This document shows positions 1 through 15,707 of a DNA stretch of 64,000 bases, piece by piece. Position 1 is the stretch's first letter. Each line of letters opens with the position of its first letter. A program made the position numbers and the translations under genes. A model generated the notes under the pieces. That model searched no databases. It was not told where the DNA came from and saw nothing but the letters and a program-made list of their open reading frames with translations. Where the stretch lies: NCBI RefSeq assembly GCF_009914755.1, contig NC_060946.1. One strand, given 5' to 3'. This DNA is from the human T2T-CHM13v2.0 reference genome, Homo sapiens.

Positions 1-240
1 CATCAACTAATGTGCAAAATAACCAGCTAGCATCATGATGACAGGATCAAATTCACACATAACAATATTAACCTTAAATGTAAATGGGCTAAATGCCTCA
101 GTTAAAAGACACAGACTGGCAAATTGGATAGAGTCAAGACCCATCAGTGTGCTGTATTCAGGAGACCCATCTCATGTGCAAAGATACACATAAGCTCAAA
201 ATAAAGAAATGGAGGAATATTTACCAAGCAAATGGAAAGC

Positions 241-271
<31 letters not shown>

Positions 272-3200
272 GGAGATGCAATCCTAGTCTCTGATAAAAC
301 AGACTTTAAATCAACAAAGACCAAAAGAGACAAAGAAGTGCATTACATAATGGTAAAGGGATCAATGTAACATGAAGAGCTAACTATCCTAAATATATAC
401 ACACCCAATACTGGAGCACCCAGATTCATTAAGTTCTTAGATATCTACAAAGAGACTTAGACTCCCACACAATAATAGTGGGAGACTTTAATACCCCATT
501 GTCAGTATTAGACAGATCAATGAGCAGAAAATTAACAAGAATATTCAGGACTTGAACTCAGCTCTGGACCAAGTGGACTTAATAAATATCTACGGAACTC
601 CCCACCCCAAATCAACAGAATATACATTCTGCCCAGCACCATAAAGCACTTATTCTAAAATCGACCACATAATTGGAAATAAAACACTCCTCAGCAAATG
701 CAAAGAACAGAAATCATAACAAACAGTCTCTCAGACCACAGTGCAATCAAATTAGAGCTCAGGATTAAGAAACTCACTCAAAACTGCACAACTACATGGA
801 AACTGAACAACATGCTCCTGAATGACTACTGGGTAAATAACAAAATTAAGGCAGAAATAAATAAGTTCTCTGAAACCAATGAGAACAAAGACACAACATA
901 CCAGAATCTCTGGAAGACAGCTAAAGCAGTGTTTATAGGGAAATTTATAGCACTAAATGCCCACAACAGAAAGCAGGAAAGATCTAAAATTGACACCCTA
1001 ACAACTAGAGAAGCAAGAGCAAACAAATTCAAAACCTAGCAGAAGACAAGAAATAACTAAGATCAGAGCAGAAACAAATGGAAAAACATTCCATGCTCAT
1101 GGATGAAGGAGATAGAGACACAAAAAACCCTTCAAAAAAATCAGTGAATCCAGGAGTTGGTCTTTTGAAAAGATTAACAAAATATATAGGCCACTAGCTA
1201 GACTAATAAAGAAGAAAAAGGAGAAGAACAAATAGACACAGTAAAAGATGATAAAGGGGATATCACCACTGATTCCACAGAAATACAAACTACCATCAGA
1301 GAATACTGTAAACATCTCTACACAAATAAACTAGGAAATCTAGAAGAAATGGATAAATTCCTGGACATATACATCCTCCCAAGACTAAACCAGGAAGAAA
1401 TCGAATCCCTGAATAGACCAATAACAAGTTCTGAAATTGAGGCAGTAATTAATAGCCTACCAACCAAAAAAAGCCCAGGACCAGATGGATTCACAGCCAA
1501 ATCTTACCAGAGGTACAAAGAGGAGCTGGTGCCATTCCTTCTGAAACTATTCCAAAAATAAAAAAAGAGGGATTCCTCCCTAACTCATTTTATGAGGCCA
1601 GCATCACCCTAACACCAAAACCTGGCAGAGACACAACAAAAAAAGAAAATTTCAGGCCAATATCCCTGATGAACATCAATGTGAAAATCCTCGGTAAAAT
1701 ACCGGCAAACCGAATCCAGCAGCACATTAAAAAGCTTATCCACCACTATCAAGTTGGATTCATCCCTGGGATGCAAGGCTGGTTCAACACACGCAAATCA
1801 ATAAATGTAATCCATTACATAAACAGAACCAATGACAAAAACCACATGATTATATCAATAGATGCAGAGAAGGTCTTCGATAAAATTCAACACCTCTTCA
1901 TGCTAAAAACACTCAATAAACTAGGTTTTGATGGAACAAATCTCAAAATAACAAGAGCTATTTATGACAAACCCACAGCCAATATCATACTGAATGGGCA
2001 AAAGCTGGAAGCATTCCCTTTGAAAACTGGCACAAGACAAGGATGCCCTCTCTCATCACTCCTATTTAACATAGTGTTGGAAGTTCTGGCCAGGGCAATC
2101 AAGCAAGAGAAAGAATTAAAGGGTATTCAAACAGGAAGTAAGGAAGTGAAATTCTCTCTGTTTGCAGATGACATGATTATATATTTAGAAAACCCCATCT
2201 TCTCAGCCCAAAACTCCTTAAGCTGATAAGCAACTTCAGCAAAATCTCAGGATACAAAACCAAGGTGAAAAAATCACAAGCACTCCTATACACCAATAAC
2301 AGACAAACAGAGAGCCAAATCATGAGTGAACTCCCATTCACAATTGCTACAAAGAACATAAAATACTGAGGAATACAACTTATAAGGGTTATGAAGGACC
2401 TCTTCAATAACTACAAACCACTGCTCAAGGAAATAAGAGAGGACCCAAACAAATGGAAAAACATTCCATGCTCATGGATAGGAAAATCAATATTGTGAAA
2501 GTGGCCATACTGCCCGAAGTAATTTATATATTCAATGCTATTCCCATCAAGCTACCATTGACTTTCTTCAAAGAATTAGAAAAAACTACTTTAAATTTCA
2601 TATGGAACCAAAAAAGAGCCCATCTAGCCAAGACAATCTTAAGCAAAAAGAACAAAGCTGGAGGCATTATGCTACCTGACTTCAAACTATACTACAAGGC
2701 TACAGTAACCAAAGCAGCATGGTACTCCTACAAGGCTACAGTAACCAAAACAGCATGTACTGGTACCAAAACAGATATATAGACCAATGAAACAGAACAG
2801 AGGCCGCAGAAATTAACCACACATTTACAACTATCTGATCTTTGACAAACCTGACAAAAACAAGAAATAGGGAAAGGATTTCCTATTTAATAAATGGTGC
2901 TGGAAAAACTGGCTAGCCATATGCAGAAAACTGAAACTGGACCCCTTCCTTACACCTTATACAAAAATTAACTCAAGATGGATTAAAGACTTAAACATAA
3001 GACCTAAAACCATAAAAACCCTAGAAGAAAACCTAGGCAATACCATTCAGGATATAGTCATGGGCAAAGACTTCATGACTGAAACACCAAAAGCAGTGGC
3101 AACAAAAGCCAAAATTGACAAATGGGATCTAATTAAACTAAAGAGCTTCTGCACAGCAAAAGAAACTATCATCAGAGTAAACAGGCAACCTACAGAATGG

Positions 3201-4138
3201 GAGAAAATTTTTGCAACCTATCCATCTGACAAAGGGCTAATATCCAGAATCTACAAGGAACTTAAACAAATTAACAAGAAAAAACAAATGACCCCATCAA
3301 AAAGTGGCGAAGGTATGAAGAGACACTTCTCAAAAGAAGACACTTATACGGCCAACAAACATATGAAGAAAAGCTCAGCATCACTGGTCATCAAAGAAAT
3401 GCAAATCAAAACCACAATGAGATACCATCTCATGCCAGTTGGAATGGCGATCATTAAAAAGTCAGGAAATAACAGATGCTGGAAAGGATGTGGAGAAATA
3501 GGAACGCTTTTACACTGTTGGTGGGGATGTAAATAAGTTCAATCATTGTGGAAGACAATGTGGTGATTCCTCAAGGATCTAGAACCAGAAATACCATTTG
3601 ACCCAGCAATCTACTGGGTATATACCCAAAGGATTATAAATCATTCTGCCATAAAGACACACACACGTATGTTAACTGCAGTGCTATTCACAATAGCAAA
3701 GACTAGGAACCAACCCAAATGCCCATCAATGATAGACTGGATAAAGAAAATGTGGCACATATACACCATGGAATACTATGCGGCCATAAAAAAGAATGAG
3801 TTCATGTCCTTTGTGGGGACATGAATGAAGCTGGAAAACAGCATTCTCAGCAAACTAACACAGGAACAGAAAACCAAACACCACATGTTCTCTCTCGTAA
3901 GTGGGAGTTGAACAATGAGAAAGCATGGACACAGGGAGGGGAACATCACACACTGGGACCTGTTGAGGGGCGGGGCAAGGGGAGGGAGAGCACTAGGACA
4001 AATACCTAATATATGTGGGGCATAAAACCTAGATGATGGTTGATAGGTACTGTAAACCACCATGGCACATGTATACCTATGTAACAAACCTGCACATTCT
4101 GCACATGTACTCCAGAATTTAAAGTTTAAAAAAAAAAA
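1..4138 (+). mobile_element. LINE-1 (L1PA7/8-like): disrupted ORF2 (EN, RT, C-terminal domain), 3' UTR and poly(A); continues upstream of the window; antisense to LARGE1
   Basis: ORF2 fragments [50 protein letters not shown] are split by stops and frameshifts; typical 3' UTR; A-tail at ~4128-4138. Confidence 0.96.
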
Positions 4139-4202
4139 GTCAACGAGTTCAAGATCTGAATTCCTATATGACTGTTTTATGTTTCAAGGAACACAGGGAT
4201 AA

Positions 4203-4738
<536 letters not shown>

Positions 4739-4939
4739 CCATGTGACAGACATGGTTCACTGTGACCACAGTAACAGAACTCCAGAATGTTCCAGAAAAA
4801 CATGGCTTCCTTGAGTAAAATCTATCTGTTCCAGGCTCTCTTGGACCTAGGTGGCAGCTAAGGGTATCCCTGTAACTAAGTTGTGTCAATAGGATCTAAA
4901 AGGATCTGAAGTGTGAAATTTCCAAGATACGTTCTTTAA

Positions 4940-5215
4940 GGAAAGTGGTATGTCCCACCTTAACACTTCTTTCCTGCCAGCTGGAATGTGGACAACATAG
5001 CTAAAGCTCTGACAATCATTATGGGTCATGAGATGACCTTGGGAATGTCAATCAAGCAGGCTGGGGTGAAAGATAAAGAAATCCCAATACTGCCATCCCT
5101 ACACTGATGGCCTCCAGACATCTTAAACACAATGAGAAACAAGATGCAAATCTTGCTTAAGCCAGTGTTAGTTGGGATTTTTGATAACCTGCAGTGAAAT
5201 CTAAGACTGATACAA
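4940..5215 (+). mobile_element. Old MaLR LTR fragment (MLT1I/J-like)
   Basis: 3' end cttgcttaagccagtgttagttgggatttt...ctgataca typical of MLT1; boundaries approximate. Confidence 0.5.
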
Positions 5216-5266
5216 CTAACTACATTAGAATTTCCCTCAAGTTCCAATATCCATTGTCACCACTGA

Positions 5267-5585
<319 letters not shown>

Positions 5586-6979
5586 CAGAACTTGATTTTA
5601 ATCCACAGTTTGCAAATGAGGAAACAGCCACAGAAAAGTGATCTTACTTGCTCAAAGCCACATAGCTGTTAAACTAGAAATGGGGCCAGGATTTAGACTC
5701 ACAACTCCCAGCTTCAAAAGCCAATGGTCTTTGGTCTACACAATTGTACAGGGGACTCCCAAATTACAATGAGTTATTTCTCAGAAGACTGAGCAGGGGA
5801 GTGAAACTCTTGGCTAGAGAGATTACAGAAGGAAGAGAAATGTCCCCACAAACACAACTCTTTTTCTCTTTTTTATGCCTTCTTTTCCCCTTTTCCTTTT
5901 TTATTTTTCCCCTCCTCGATTCTTATTTGTTCTTTAGGTTCTATGTCATAATAGTGTAAATACGCTTGGAGAAAAAATTTGCTCGTTTTGGGCCATCTCA
6001 CCTGGGTAGCAGAGTTCCCATCCAAACTAACCCTTTCTAAACCAACACCATGGCTGTGATCTGCTAGCAGAGAACCTGAAAGAAATCAAATATGCCTTCA
6101 CCAAGGCAAGAACAGAAGATCCCTAAATTAGGGCCCTCCCCAGACCAGCCAAGACCAAAGGAATTTGTTAACGTGGCTGAATGCCCGTTTTCATACATAG
6201 AGATATTAAGTAACAGAAGCCACTGACAGTGGTTGTCAAAGACTAAAGGGCACTGGGCCTGGCATACAGTCAGGGCTGAATAAATGTGCAGCATTTATCA
6301 CGTCCTGACATTTGTATTTATTTATTTGTTTATCATCTCTCCCTCTACCTCTGATGACAGATGTAAGAACCAGAGGGAAAGGGGTTCTGTCTTTTTTGCT
6401 GTTGTTCACTGCTGTTTCCCAACACATAAAACAGAATGAGATACAAAACACGAGTGCAATATGTTTGCTGAACGAATGGATAAATAAATGAATGATGATG
6501 ATGGAGTAGAACCACCTCCTCGCCCAGGTTCTCTGGGCTTGGCTGAAGGACCAACTTGTGACATCCCGAATCCTGCTATAATGGATGTTTGTTTCACATC
6601 GTTCCTACTCATATGACACATTCCTCGTTGGACATCCTCTGTCGGATGCTCTCTACCTCTCCACCAATCCACTTTTCAACCAGGCTTGAGAAACCTGAGA
6701 AATGCTCCTATCCTCAGGGGCTCTCCTTGTCCTCCTCCCTCACCACTGAACTTCCAAAGAACTTAGTCTACATCACTGAGGAAGCCATTTGTTAGTGACA
6801 TTGGATAGTCTCATTGGATAGTATCACCAATATTACTAATAATCCCATTCACTAGAATAGAATACTACAGTTTGCAAAGCATTCTCTTTAGGGAGTTTGA
6901 AGTCTAACCACTCTTTATTCCAGAAAATGGAATAAAGAAACAGCAGGTCCTATCTATGTTTAACTAAGAATAGTAAAAA

Positions 6980-7190
6980 CTAACCATAATTTTGAAAATG
7001 TACTATGTACTAGGCGCTAGTCAAGCCTTTATATGGCCATTCTGTTTAATTCTCACAAATACTCCATGAAGCAGGTATTATTTCCTAAAGTTTACTGATG
7101 AGACACCTGGAGTTCACAGAAGTTATGCAACTGGATCAAGGGTACTCTCTGCATAAATCACTAAAGCTGGGATATGAATTCAGTCTCGCC
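6980..7190. mobile_element. MIR fragment (others at ~5600-5720, 7680-7790, 13470-13590, 38790-39020, 45390-45730, 47690-47830, 62980-63110)
   Basis: MIR core-like motifs such as ttactgatgagacacctggagttcacagaagtt and gaaactgaggc; boundaries approximate. Confidence 0.55.
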
Positions 7191-7787
7191 CATCTCTCAA
7201 AAGGCCTTCCTATGAATAGGCATGCCCTAATTCATCTCCACCATGAGAACTGGAAACAATGGGGAATGAGTGTATGTGTGTTCACTGCACATAGAAGCGT
7301 GGATGCAGGTATTTGAGGAAATAGAGGACAATAAATATCCCACATTTCCAAAGAGCTGCTAAGAAAGAAAGCATACCCTAAAAGGGGAGAAGTGATATTA
7401 GGCTATAAAAGTTCAAATTACTTCTTTAGATAAGGAACAAGTCTGTGGTTCTGAATTGGAGAGGCTGTTTATACAGTGAAGTGATAATGAGGTCTAAGAA
7501 AACTGCCCAACTGGGCCACAACTCCAGGTGTACCATTCACACTATAGTCTAAGAAGCAGGGGCCTACAGGATGACAGCTAGGTGTAGAAACCCTGCGCAT
7601 GTCAAAATGAACCACATAGAAACAAGCGGTAGGTTCCATCAGTGAGCTCCTCTTAATATCTGTAGATTACGCCTTCTTATCCCCATTTTCAGATGGGAAA
7701 ACAGAAGCTCAGAGAGGCTAAATGACTTGTCAGACCATTGAGCAAAGTTAGCGAGCAAGCCAGACTTACACACCCGGGCTAGAATCA

Positions 7788-8432
<645 letters not shown>

Positions 8433-8629
8433 TCATAATAAAATTGTTTCTAATTAAATGCACTGTCTTCCTCTCCCTACTTGGCATGTTTCTAAGTAGG
8501 CTTCTTAACAATAAAGAATTATGAATACAAAGTGGGCGGATTGGGGAGAAAGACAAGGGAGGGGAGAAGGAGTACCAGGAAGTGGAGGGGAGCAAGAGGA
8601 AGAGAACGAGTAATAAGGAAAAAATAATA

Positions 8630-8967
<338 letters not shown>

Positions 8968-9440
8968 ATAATAATAATGACTAAGTTTATTGAGCTCTTC
9001 CTATGCAAACTCCTATACATCTTTCAAAATCCTGTTTTAAAAGCATCACCTCTCAGGGGAAACCTTCTTCCATTTGCAGGCAAGATATCCTTCCACATAT
9101 TCCGAAATAATTTGTATGTAGCGCTATGAAAACATGTATCTGCCATACTGTATTTGGTAAACAGCTTTACTAAATGTTGCCTATGAAGACTGGGAGTTCA
9201 ATGTAGGCAAAGGCGGGTCTTACCTGTCTTTGTGGTTAACATGTCACAAGGTCTGAGAAATGCTGGAAGACTGGATGCATGGCTCCATGCCAAGAATAAA
9301 ATATTAAAAGCAACAAGGAAAAAAGAAGTAGAAGCATGACCCATCTCATGGTTTTCCCAGAAAAACAGTTAACCATTAAAGTGAGTGCCAGCAACACTCC
9401 ATGTAACAATCATACAACCCTGCAATAAAAACTGAGGCAC

Positions 9441-9867
<427 letters not shown>

Positions 9868-12639
9868 TCAATAAACTTTCATTATAGGCTATTCAGAGAG
9901 CTAACATTAAAAAAAAACAAACACTTATTAGTATAAAAACCCCATCTCCCAAGGATACTTATATCACCTTGTATAAAGTAGGCGCTCAAGGCATGCTTAC
10001 TGTTCAGGAGCCCCAGTGGCACAAGGCATACCCAAAGCTATCACTTATTTCTGTTTCCACTCTGCAGAAATCCTGGGCTCCCAGCTACATTTACAGCCAC
10101 CTCAGGGGTTACCAAGCAAAAAAAGCATATCTCTAGAAAATCGTCCTCTCTCAGCTGCCTGTCAAAAAAACATTCCTCTTTTTCCATACTTCAAGTTTTT
10201 CCTTCCTGCCCAGACCCCTGAGCTTCAAAACTGTCCCAGAGAGTCTCTGTGACTCACAAACTTGAGGATCAAAGAATGTGATGAATTACACCCTGCAGGT
10301 CTCACTTGTGCTTGTGTCGGCCTCTGCCCAGGGCTTTTTGATGTATCTTTGGGCCTTAACAAATATGACTCATTTTTTTTCCTCTTAATCACCTCAGGGT
10401 TAAACGCCTAAGTGCCTGGTCTTCTCCTATCAATGCAACAAATATGACTCAATGAATTGCACTGCCTGGGACCACAAATCAAAGGCTGATGCAGAATCGG
10501 TAGGGGACGTGAAATCACAGGTTGATTAGGGTTGCATTGTCACCGACTGGCCAATTACAAGCTTCAACCCAAGCTTTTGAAACCTGTCTCCCTGTTTGGT
10601 ACAACTGAGAATGAAAAAGAATAGGCAGCTATTAATAATTGCGTTTTCTCAACCAACATTGACCCTTTGAGCAGGGGTGGGTAAAGATGAACCTCTGGCT
10701 TCCTCGGGAGTTACACCTTCTGTAGTGTCTATCATGGATCTGCACCACGCTAGGTGGTTCATGCTGATAATGCCTTAGGTTGCTATCAGTACAATTAAGT
10801 AGTAATAGTTATCCCTATTACTGATGCAGAAACCAAGACTAAAGTTTAAACTGTGTTCCTATTATGTTGCAGTTTGACTGTAAACAAGGTCTCCTGGACT
10901 TTGAGCTCAGCTATGCTCCTGCATATATGTGCTAAGTTAGAGGTAAAGACGCTCAGGAGACTGAGAGGGTCTTCCTTCTCAGGAAAGGATTTTGGAGCAT
11001 TTGGGCAGAAATGCAGGAAGCTCAACAGGGTCTCAGGGTCTCTAGAAAATTAACAAATGGGACCTGTGAGTTTCCTCTTTGGAGGAGTTACATCAGTGCT
11101 CTGAGCTTCGATTTTTTCTTCTGTGAAATGGGAACATAAAATGTTCCAGTAAGAGTGATGGGAGGCTTAAGCAAAATAACAAAATACAGAGCATGGTGTC
11201 CCTTATTGGGAGGCGCTTGGCATCAGTGAGTTCCTGTGACCCTTTCTCAGTGAGGGAAGGTGATGTCATGGGTAAGATGAGTTGATGATGTAATTTAAGG
11301 TGTAAAGCACGCTGTATTTTCAGAACACAGAGTTGTTCTGTGTGTTGTATGGGGGAACAAGCAGTCAACAGACCTTGGCTTCCTTTGAGATATACTCCAA
11401 GAGGAGGCACTGCTGAGCTTCCTGCCTTCATCCTTAGCCGGGGTCATGGTTAATCCGTAAGAACATGGAGGAGCAAGCAAGCAGGCTTCACCAAAGAGGC
11501 CGGGTCACATTCTCTAGCCCCTCTCCTGAAAGTCCCATATTTTAAACATTTACGTAAATTATGATTGTTTGATTGTGGGCTTAAGAGAAATGCTATCGAC
11601 ATCCTGTGTCCATTTCTCCCCTGCTTTAGACCCCAAATGGTTTTAACCAAATTTAACTCTCAAAGACGTGCGGGGGTTTTCCCACTTTTAAAAGCCCTAT
11701 AGATTTGTCACCAATGAAGCCACAACTAAATAATTAATGTCAGGTCTCAGAGGAATCAATGTTGAAAAAAGCAACATTCATGCTGTGCCCAACTGCTGGC
11801 ATGGAGGAAGTGCTCAATTAATGGCAGAATTGTCCTTTCCGGTTTGTTTGTTTGTTTTAAAGGTCCATTATCTTGAGCCGGCCCCTTCCTTTTCCTCAAG
11901 CCAGTTTTGCCTTCTGAAAGGCGGGGCCCTGGAGATGTGCTCCGAGTCCCCTCTCAGCTCTAACTCTCCGTAGCTGTGTGGTCCAGATGATCCCAACACC
12001 GCATGATCAGAAGTGAATAGTGGGCCCTGCTGCCTTGCCAGATTCACAGCTCATTCTCGTTTTATTCATCCTGACTTTTGCTTTTATTCCTGACTATTCC
12101 TTTTTCTGGCTCCTGATCTCTTTGCTCAGGCTTCTCCTGACTCTCTGGGAGCACAAGCAGGAGAGAGGGTCAGGGTAGTGAACAGCCAGCCTCCTTACGT
12201 TTCTCTGTTACGTTTTACAGGCACTGGTCCCTCCCAGGAACGCTCCTCAAGCTTTGTGTATAGGTCGTAGTTATACAGCCCATTACATACGATTTTATGG
12301 CTATGTAAACAACTGTGCCCACACTGATATTTCTCAAACTACCAGTGGTGAAGACAGCAAGAGAGGCATGGAAGCACAAGGAGCTTGGGTGAAGAACCAG
12401 TTTTTCTCCCTCCCCCAGTCCATCCTGGATAAAAATTTGCCCCTAACACTCAAAGGTAAAACAGAGCTTGGCCCACGTGTAACTCATCACTGGAATTAAA
12501 CAAACTGGTCTACACTACGTTAATCAAGACTATTGATCATACAATTGATGCTGGCCACAAAGTCCATTTGCTCTAGATGTTTCTAAAATGCTTAGTCTCA
12601 AGTTCCATATGTATCTTGTTGCAGAGCAGCAACAATTTG

Positions 12640-13190
12640 AGGATATGGTTAATTTTATGTGTCAACTCAACTGGGCCAGGTGGTACCCAAATATGTGATC
12701 AAACATCATTTTGGGTGTTTTTTTTTAAAGGTGTTTTTGGATGAGGTTAACATTTAAATTGGTAGACAGAGTAAAGCAGGTGTCCTCCCCTGGTGTGGGT
12801 TGGCTACCTCCCATTAGTTGAAGGCATGAGTAGAACAAAAATGCTGACCATCTTCCACATTCAAGAGAACTCATCTTGCCTGACAGCCATTGAATTGGGA
12901 CATCATCTTTTTCTTGCCTTCAAACTCAAACTGAATCACCAGATCTTCCTGGGTCTCGAGCCTGTTGGAATTTGGACTGGAACTACACCATGAGATCTCC
13001 TGGTTCTCAGGCTTTCGGACTCAGACTAGAACTACACATCGGCTCTCCTGGGTCTCCAGCTTGCTGACTCAACCTGAAGATCTTGGAACTTGTCAGCTTC
13101 CATAATCATGCAAGCCAATTCCTTACAATAAACATAGCTGTATATGCACACTCTATTGGTTCTGCTTCTCTAAAGAGCCCTGACAAATAG
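12640..13190 (+). mobile_element. ERVL solo LTR (MLT2 family)
   Basis: Begins atggttaattttatgtgtcaact; contains ccaattccttacaataaa and ends ctattggttctgcttctct...ccctgac. Confidence 0.85.
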
Positions 13191-13608
13191 AAGGACGAAC
13201 AACGGCCTGCAGATCACACCTTGAGTGGCACCGCCCAATCTCCAGTCTCCATCCCCAGGTCCTGGCATGCTCCCTATACTTAGCAAGCATTTGAGGAAGA
13301 GAGAAAGAGAAGAACTAACAACTATAACTTTTTGTTAAAAAAAGGCATAAAATGCCTAGCACATCATAAACTACTAGTTATTTAAAAAGACATCTCATTA
13401 TAATATTAAATGCTGGGGAAGAGGGAGAGAGAACTGAGAAAAGCAAACAAATCAAGTAGATAAGTAAGAGCATGGGATTTGGAGTAAGAAAGAGCTGAGC
13501 TTAAATTATGGTTCTTCCACTTACTAATAAATAACTTAGGCAAAATACTTAACTTTTCTGTGACTCAGTGTCTTATGTAAAATGAGGGACATGGGAGCAT
13601 AAGCATGA

Positions 13609-13645
13609 GTGTGTGTGTGTGTGTGTGTGTGTGTGTACACACACA
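13609..13645. repeat. (TG)n/(AC)n microsatellite
   Basis: Direct reading. Confidence 0.9.
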
Positions 13646-13683
13646 AATATTACTTCATATCAGGCTTACACAGAGTAGATACT

Positions 13684-14054
13684 TGTATTAGTCAATTTTC
13701 ACGCTGCTGATAAAGACATAGCCGAGACTGGGTAATTTATAACAAACAAGAGGTTTAATGGACTCACAGTTCCTCATGGTTTGGGAGGCCTCACAATTAT
13801 GGTGAAAGGTGAGGGAAGAACAAAGGCACATCTTACATGGTGGCAGGCAAAAAGAGAATGAGAGTGAAGCGAAAGGGGTTTCCCTTATAAAACCATTGGA
13901 TCTTGTGAGACTTATTCACTACCATGAGAACAGTATGAGGGAACCGCCCCCATGATTCAATTATCTCCCACTGCATCCCTCCCACAACACATGGGAATTA
14001 TGGGGGCTACAATTCAAGATGAGATTTGGGTGGGGACACAGCCAAACCGTATCA
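13684..14054 (-). mobile_element. Complete THE1-family MaLR solo LTR, sense to LARGE1
   Basis: Minus strand runs TGATACGGTTTGGCTGTGTCCCCACCCAAATCTC...CTAATACA; perfect 5-bp TSD ATACT at 13679-13683 and 14055-14059. Confidence 0.93.
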
Positions 14055-14966
14055 ATACTCAAATTCTCTGCTGTTCTCCCAGCCCAAGCCCACTAAAGCT
14101 GCAGGCAGGGCACATAAAGGCAGAAGTGGATAGAATCCCCTGCGTGTAAGTGCCTTTACCTTTGTTTCTCTATTACCTTTCCTTCCAGGTTTCTACTCTT
14201 TAGATATACACAGTCTATGTATGAACATGATGTATCGTTCTATCATGCAATACGTGTGTGTGTTGATCTGCGGTTCAGCCCACTTTCAGCTTAAAATGTC
14301 AAACAAGACATTATTCAAAAACTAAGCTGACAACATCATCCTCCTCCCTGCAAAACTTCTCAACAAACATGAATTTATCATCGACTCTGAATCTCTGAAT
14401 CCACTTGAGATGAATGTTCTGAATTAAGAATCAAAACATCTAAGATTCAGAACAAAGAAGGTAAATTGAAAATCAACCTCCGTGCAGTGCAGTGACAGAG
14501 ATTAGGGACTTACCATCCAAAATGTCCTAAGTGATGATCTCAATCAATCTGAATGTGCTGAGTATCTCTGGATCTCTCCAGAGTGCTGGCATCTGGTACT
14601 GCATGTGGGATCCACCACTTTGAAATGAATAGGACTGGGACTCATTAATGCAGGCAGGGCCAGGGTCTGGATGGGCCTCCCATGAAGGGGGCTCAGACCC
14701 TTTCAGGGGTGACAGACCCAGATCTCTCTAGTCTAGGAAAGCAAACTCTTGCACTTAGTGCCAGATTTCAGGAAAGCTGTCCGGTTGCATCATCCTGCCC
14801 GTGATAAAGACACTACATCCCTAACCTTTATATGGCAAAATCTCCCTACGTACAATCTGTCACTAAAGCCTGCCAATTCTTTCTTCCTGATGTTTGAAGC
14901 ACTTGCTCTTCCCATTTGATTTCAAACATCTCATCCGAAGCCAAGCCTCTTAATCTTATCCTAAAA

Positions 14967-15189
14967 CAGGGGTCATCAAACTTTTTCTGTAAACATCCAG
15001 AGAGTCAACGTGCTTTACTTCGCAGGCTATGCTATCTCTGCTTCAAGCACTTGACTGCCATTGTAGCATAAAAGCGGCCATAGAAATACATAACAAATGG
15101 CTGTGGCTGTGTTCCAGTCAAATTTTATTTCCAAACACAAGCAGAGGGCCAGATCAGGCATACTTTTTGGCCATAGATTATGGATTCTG
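14967..15189. mobile_element. MER58A hAT-Charlie MITE
   Basis: Starts caggggtcatcaaactttttctgtaaa; 8-bp TSD tcctaaaa/tcctagaa. Confidence 0.8.
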
Positions 15190-15707
15190 TCCTAGAACAT
15201 TGTGTGGGTCTCCTGGGCTAGTCCCCCTGCCTCTGATTTCTCCCTGTTCCTGTCAGCTCACTCGCAGGTGCCACGGATAACATTCTTCAATCCTATTTCC
15301 ACCACGTTTGCAGTCTGATAATGCACAAAAACAACTCTATCTACTTCAAGGTCATCCATCAAATTCAACAAACACTTGGTCAGTTCCCCCTGAGTACATG
15401 TCCTTGGGTGCTGTGTCTGCATCGTCTCATTTTAATTTATGCAACGCTGTCATGAAGTGGGTATTCTCACTATTTCCATTTGACTAATGAAAAAAAAAAA
15501 AGAGAAACAGGCACATGATTTAACTAGTTCCATGTCATCCCAGCAACAATGGCAGAGGGAGAGTCTTGAACCCAGGTTCACTGGCTCCAGATAAATGGCT
15601 CTTTCCGCACCGAACCGGAATGTCTCCTATTCAACACCCTCCGAACAAGTCCAGCCTAATTTGTGGTTGCGGTTGTTGTTTCTGCTTCATTCCCTGGTCC
15701 CTCAGGC

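Noticed and set aside
698-3536. L1 ORF2 fragments as functional proteins
   Set aside because: Multiple stops, frameshifts and indels; the element is dead.
4841-4860. CTCF-like motif ggacctaggtggcag
   Set aside because: Mismatches at the 5' core positions; not supportable without ChIP data.
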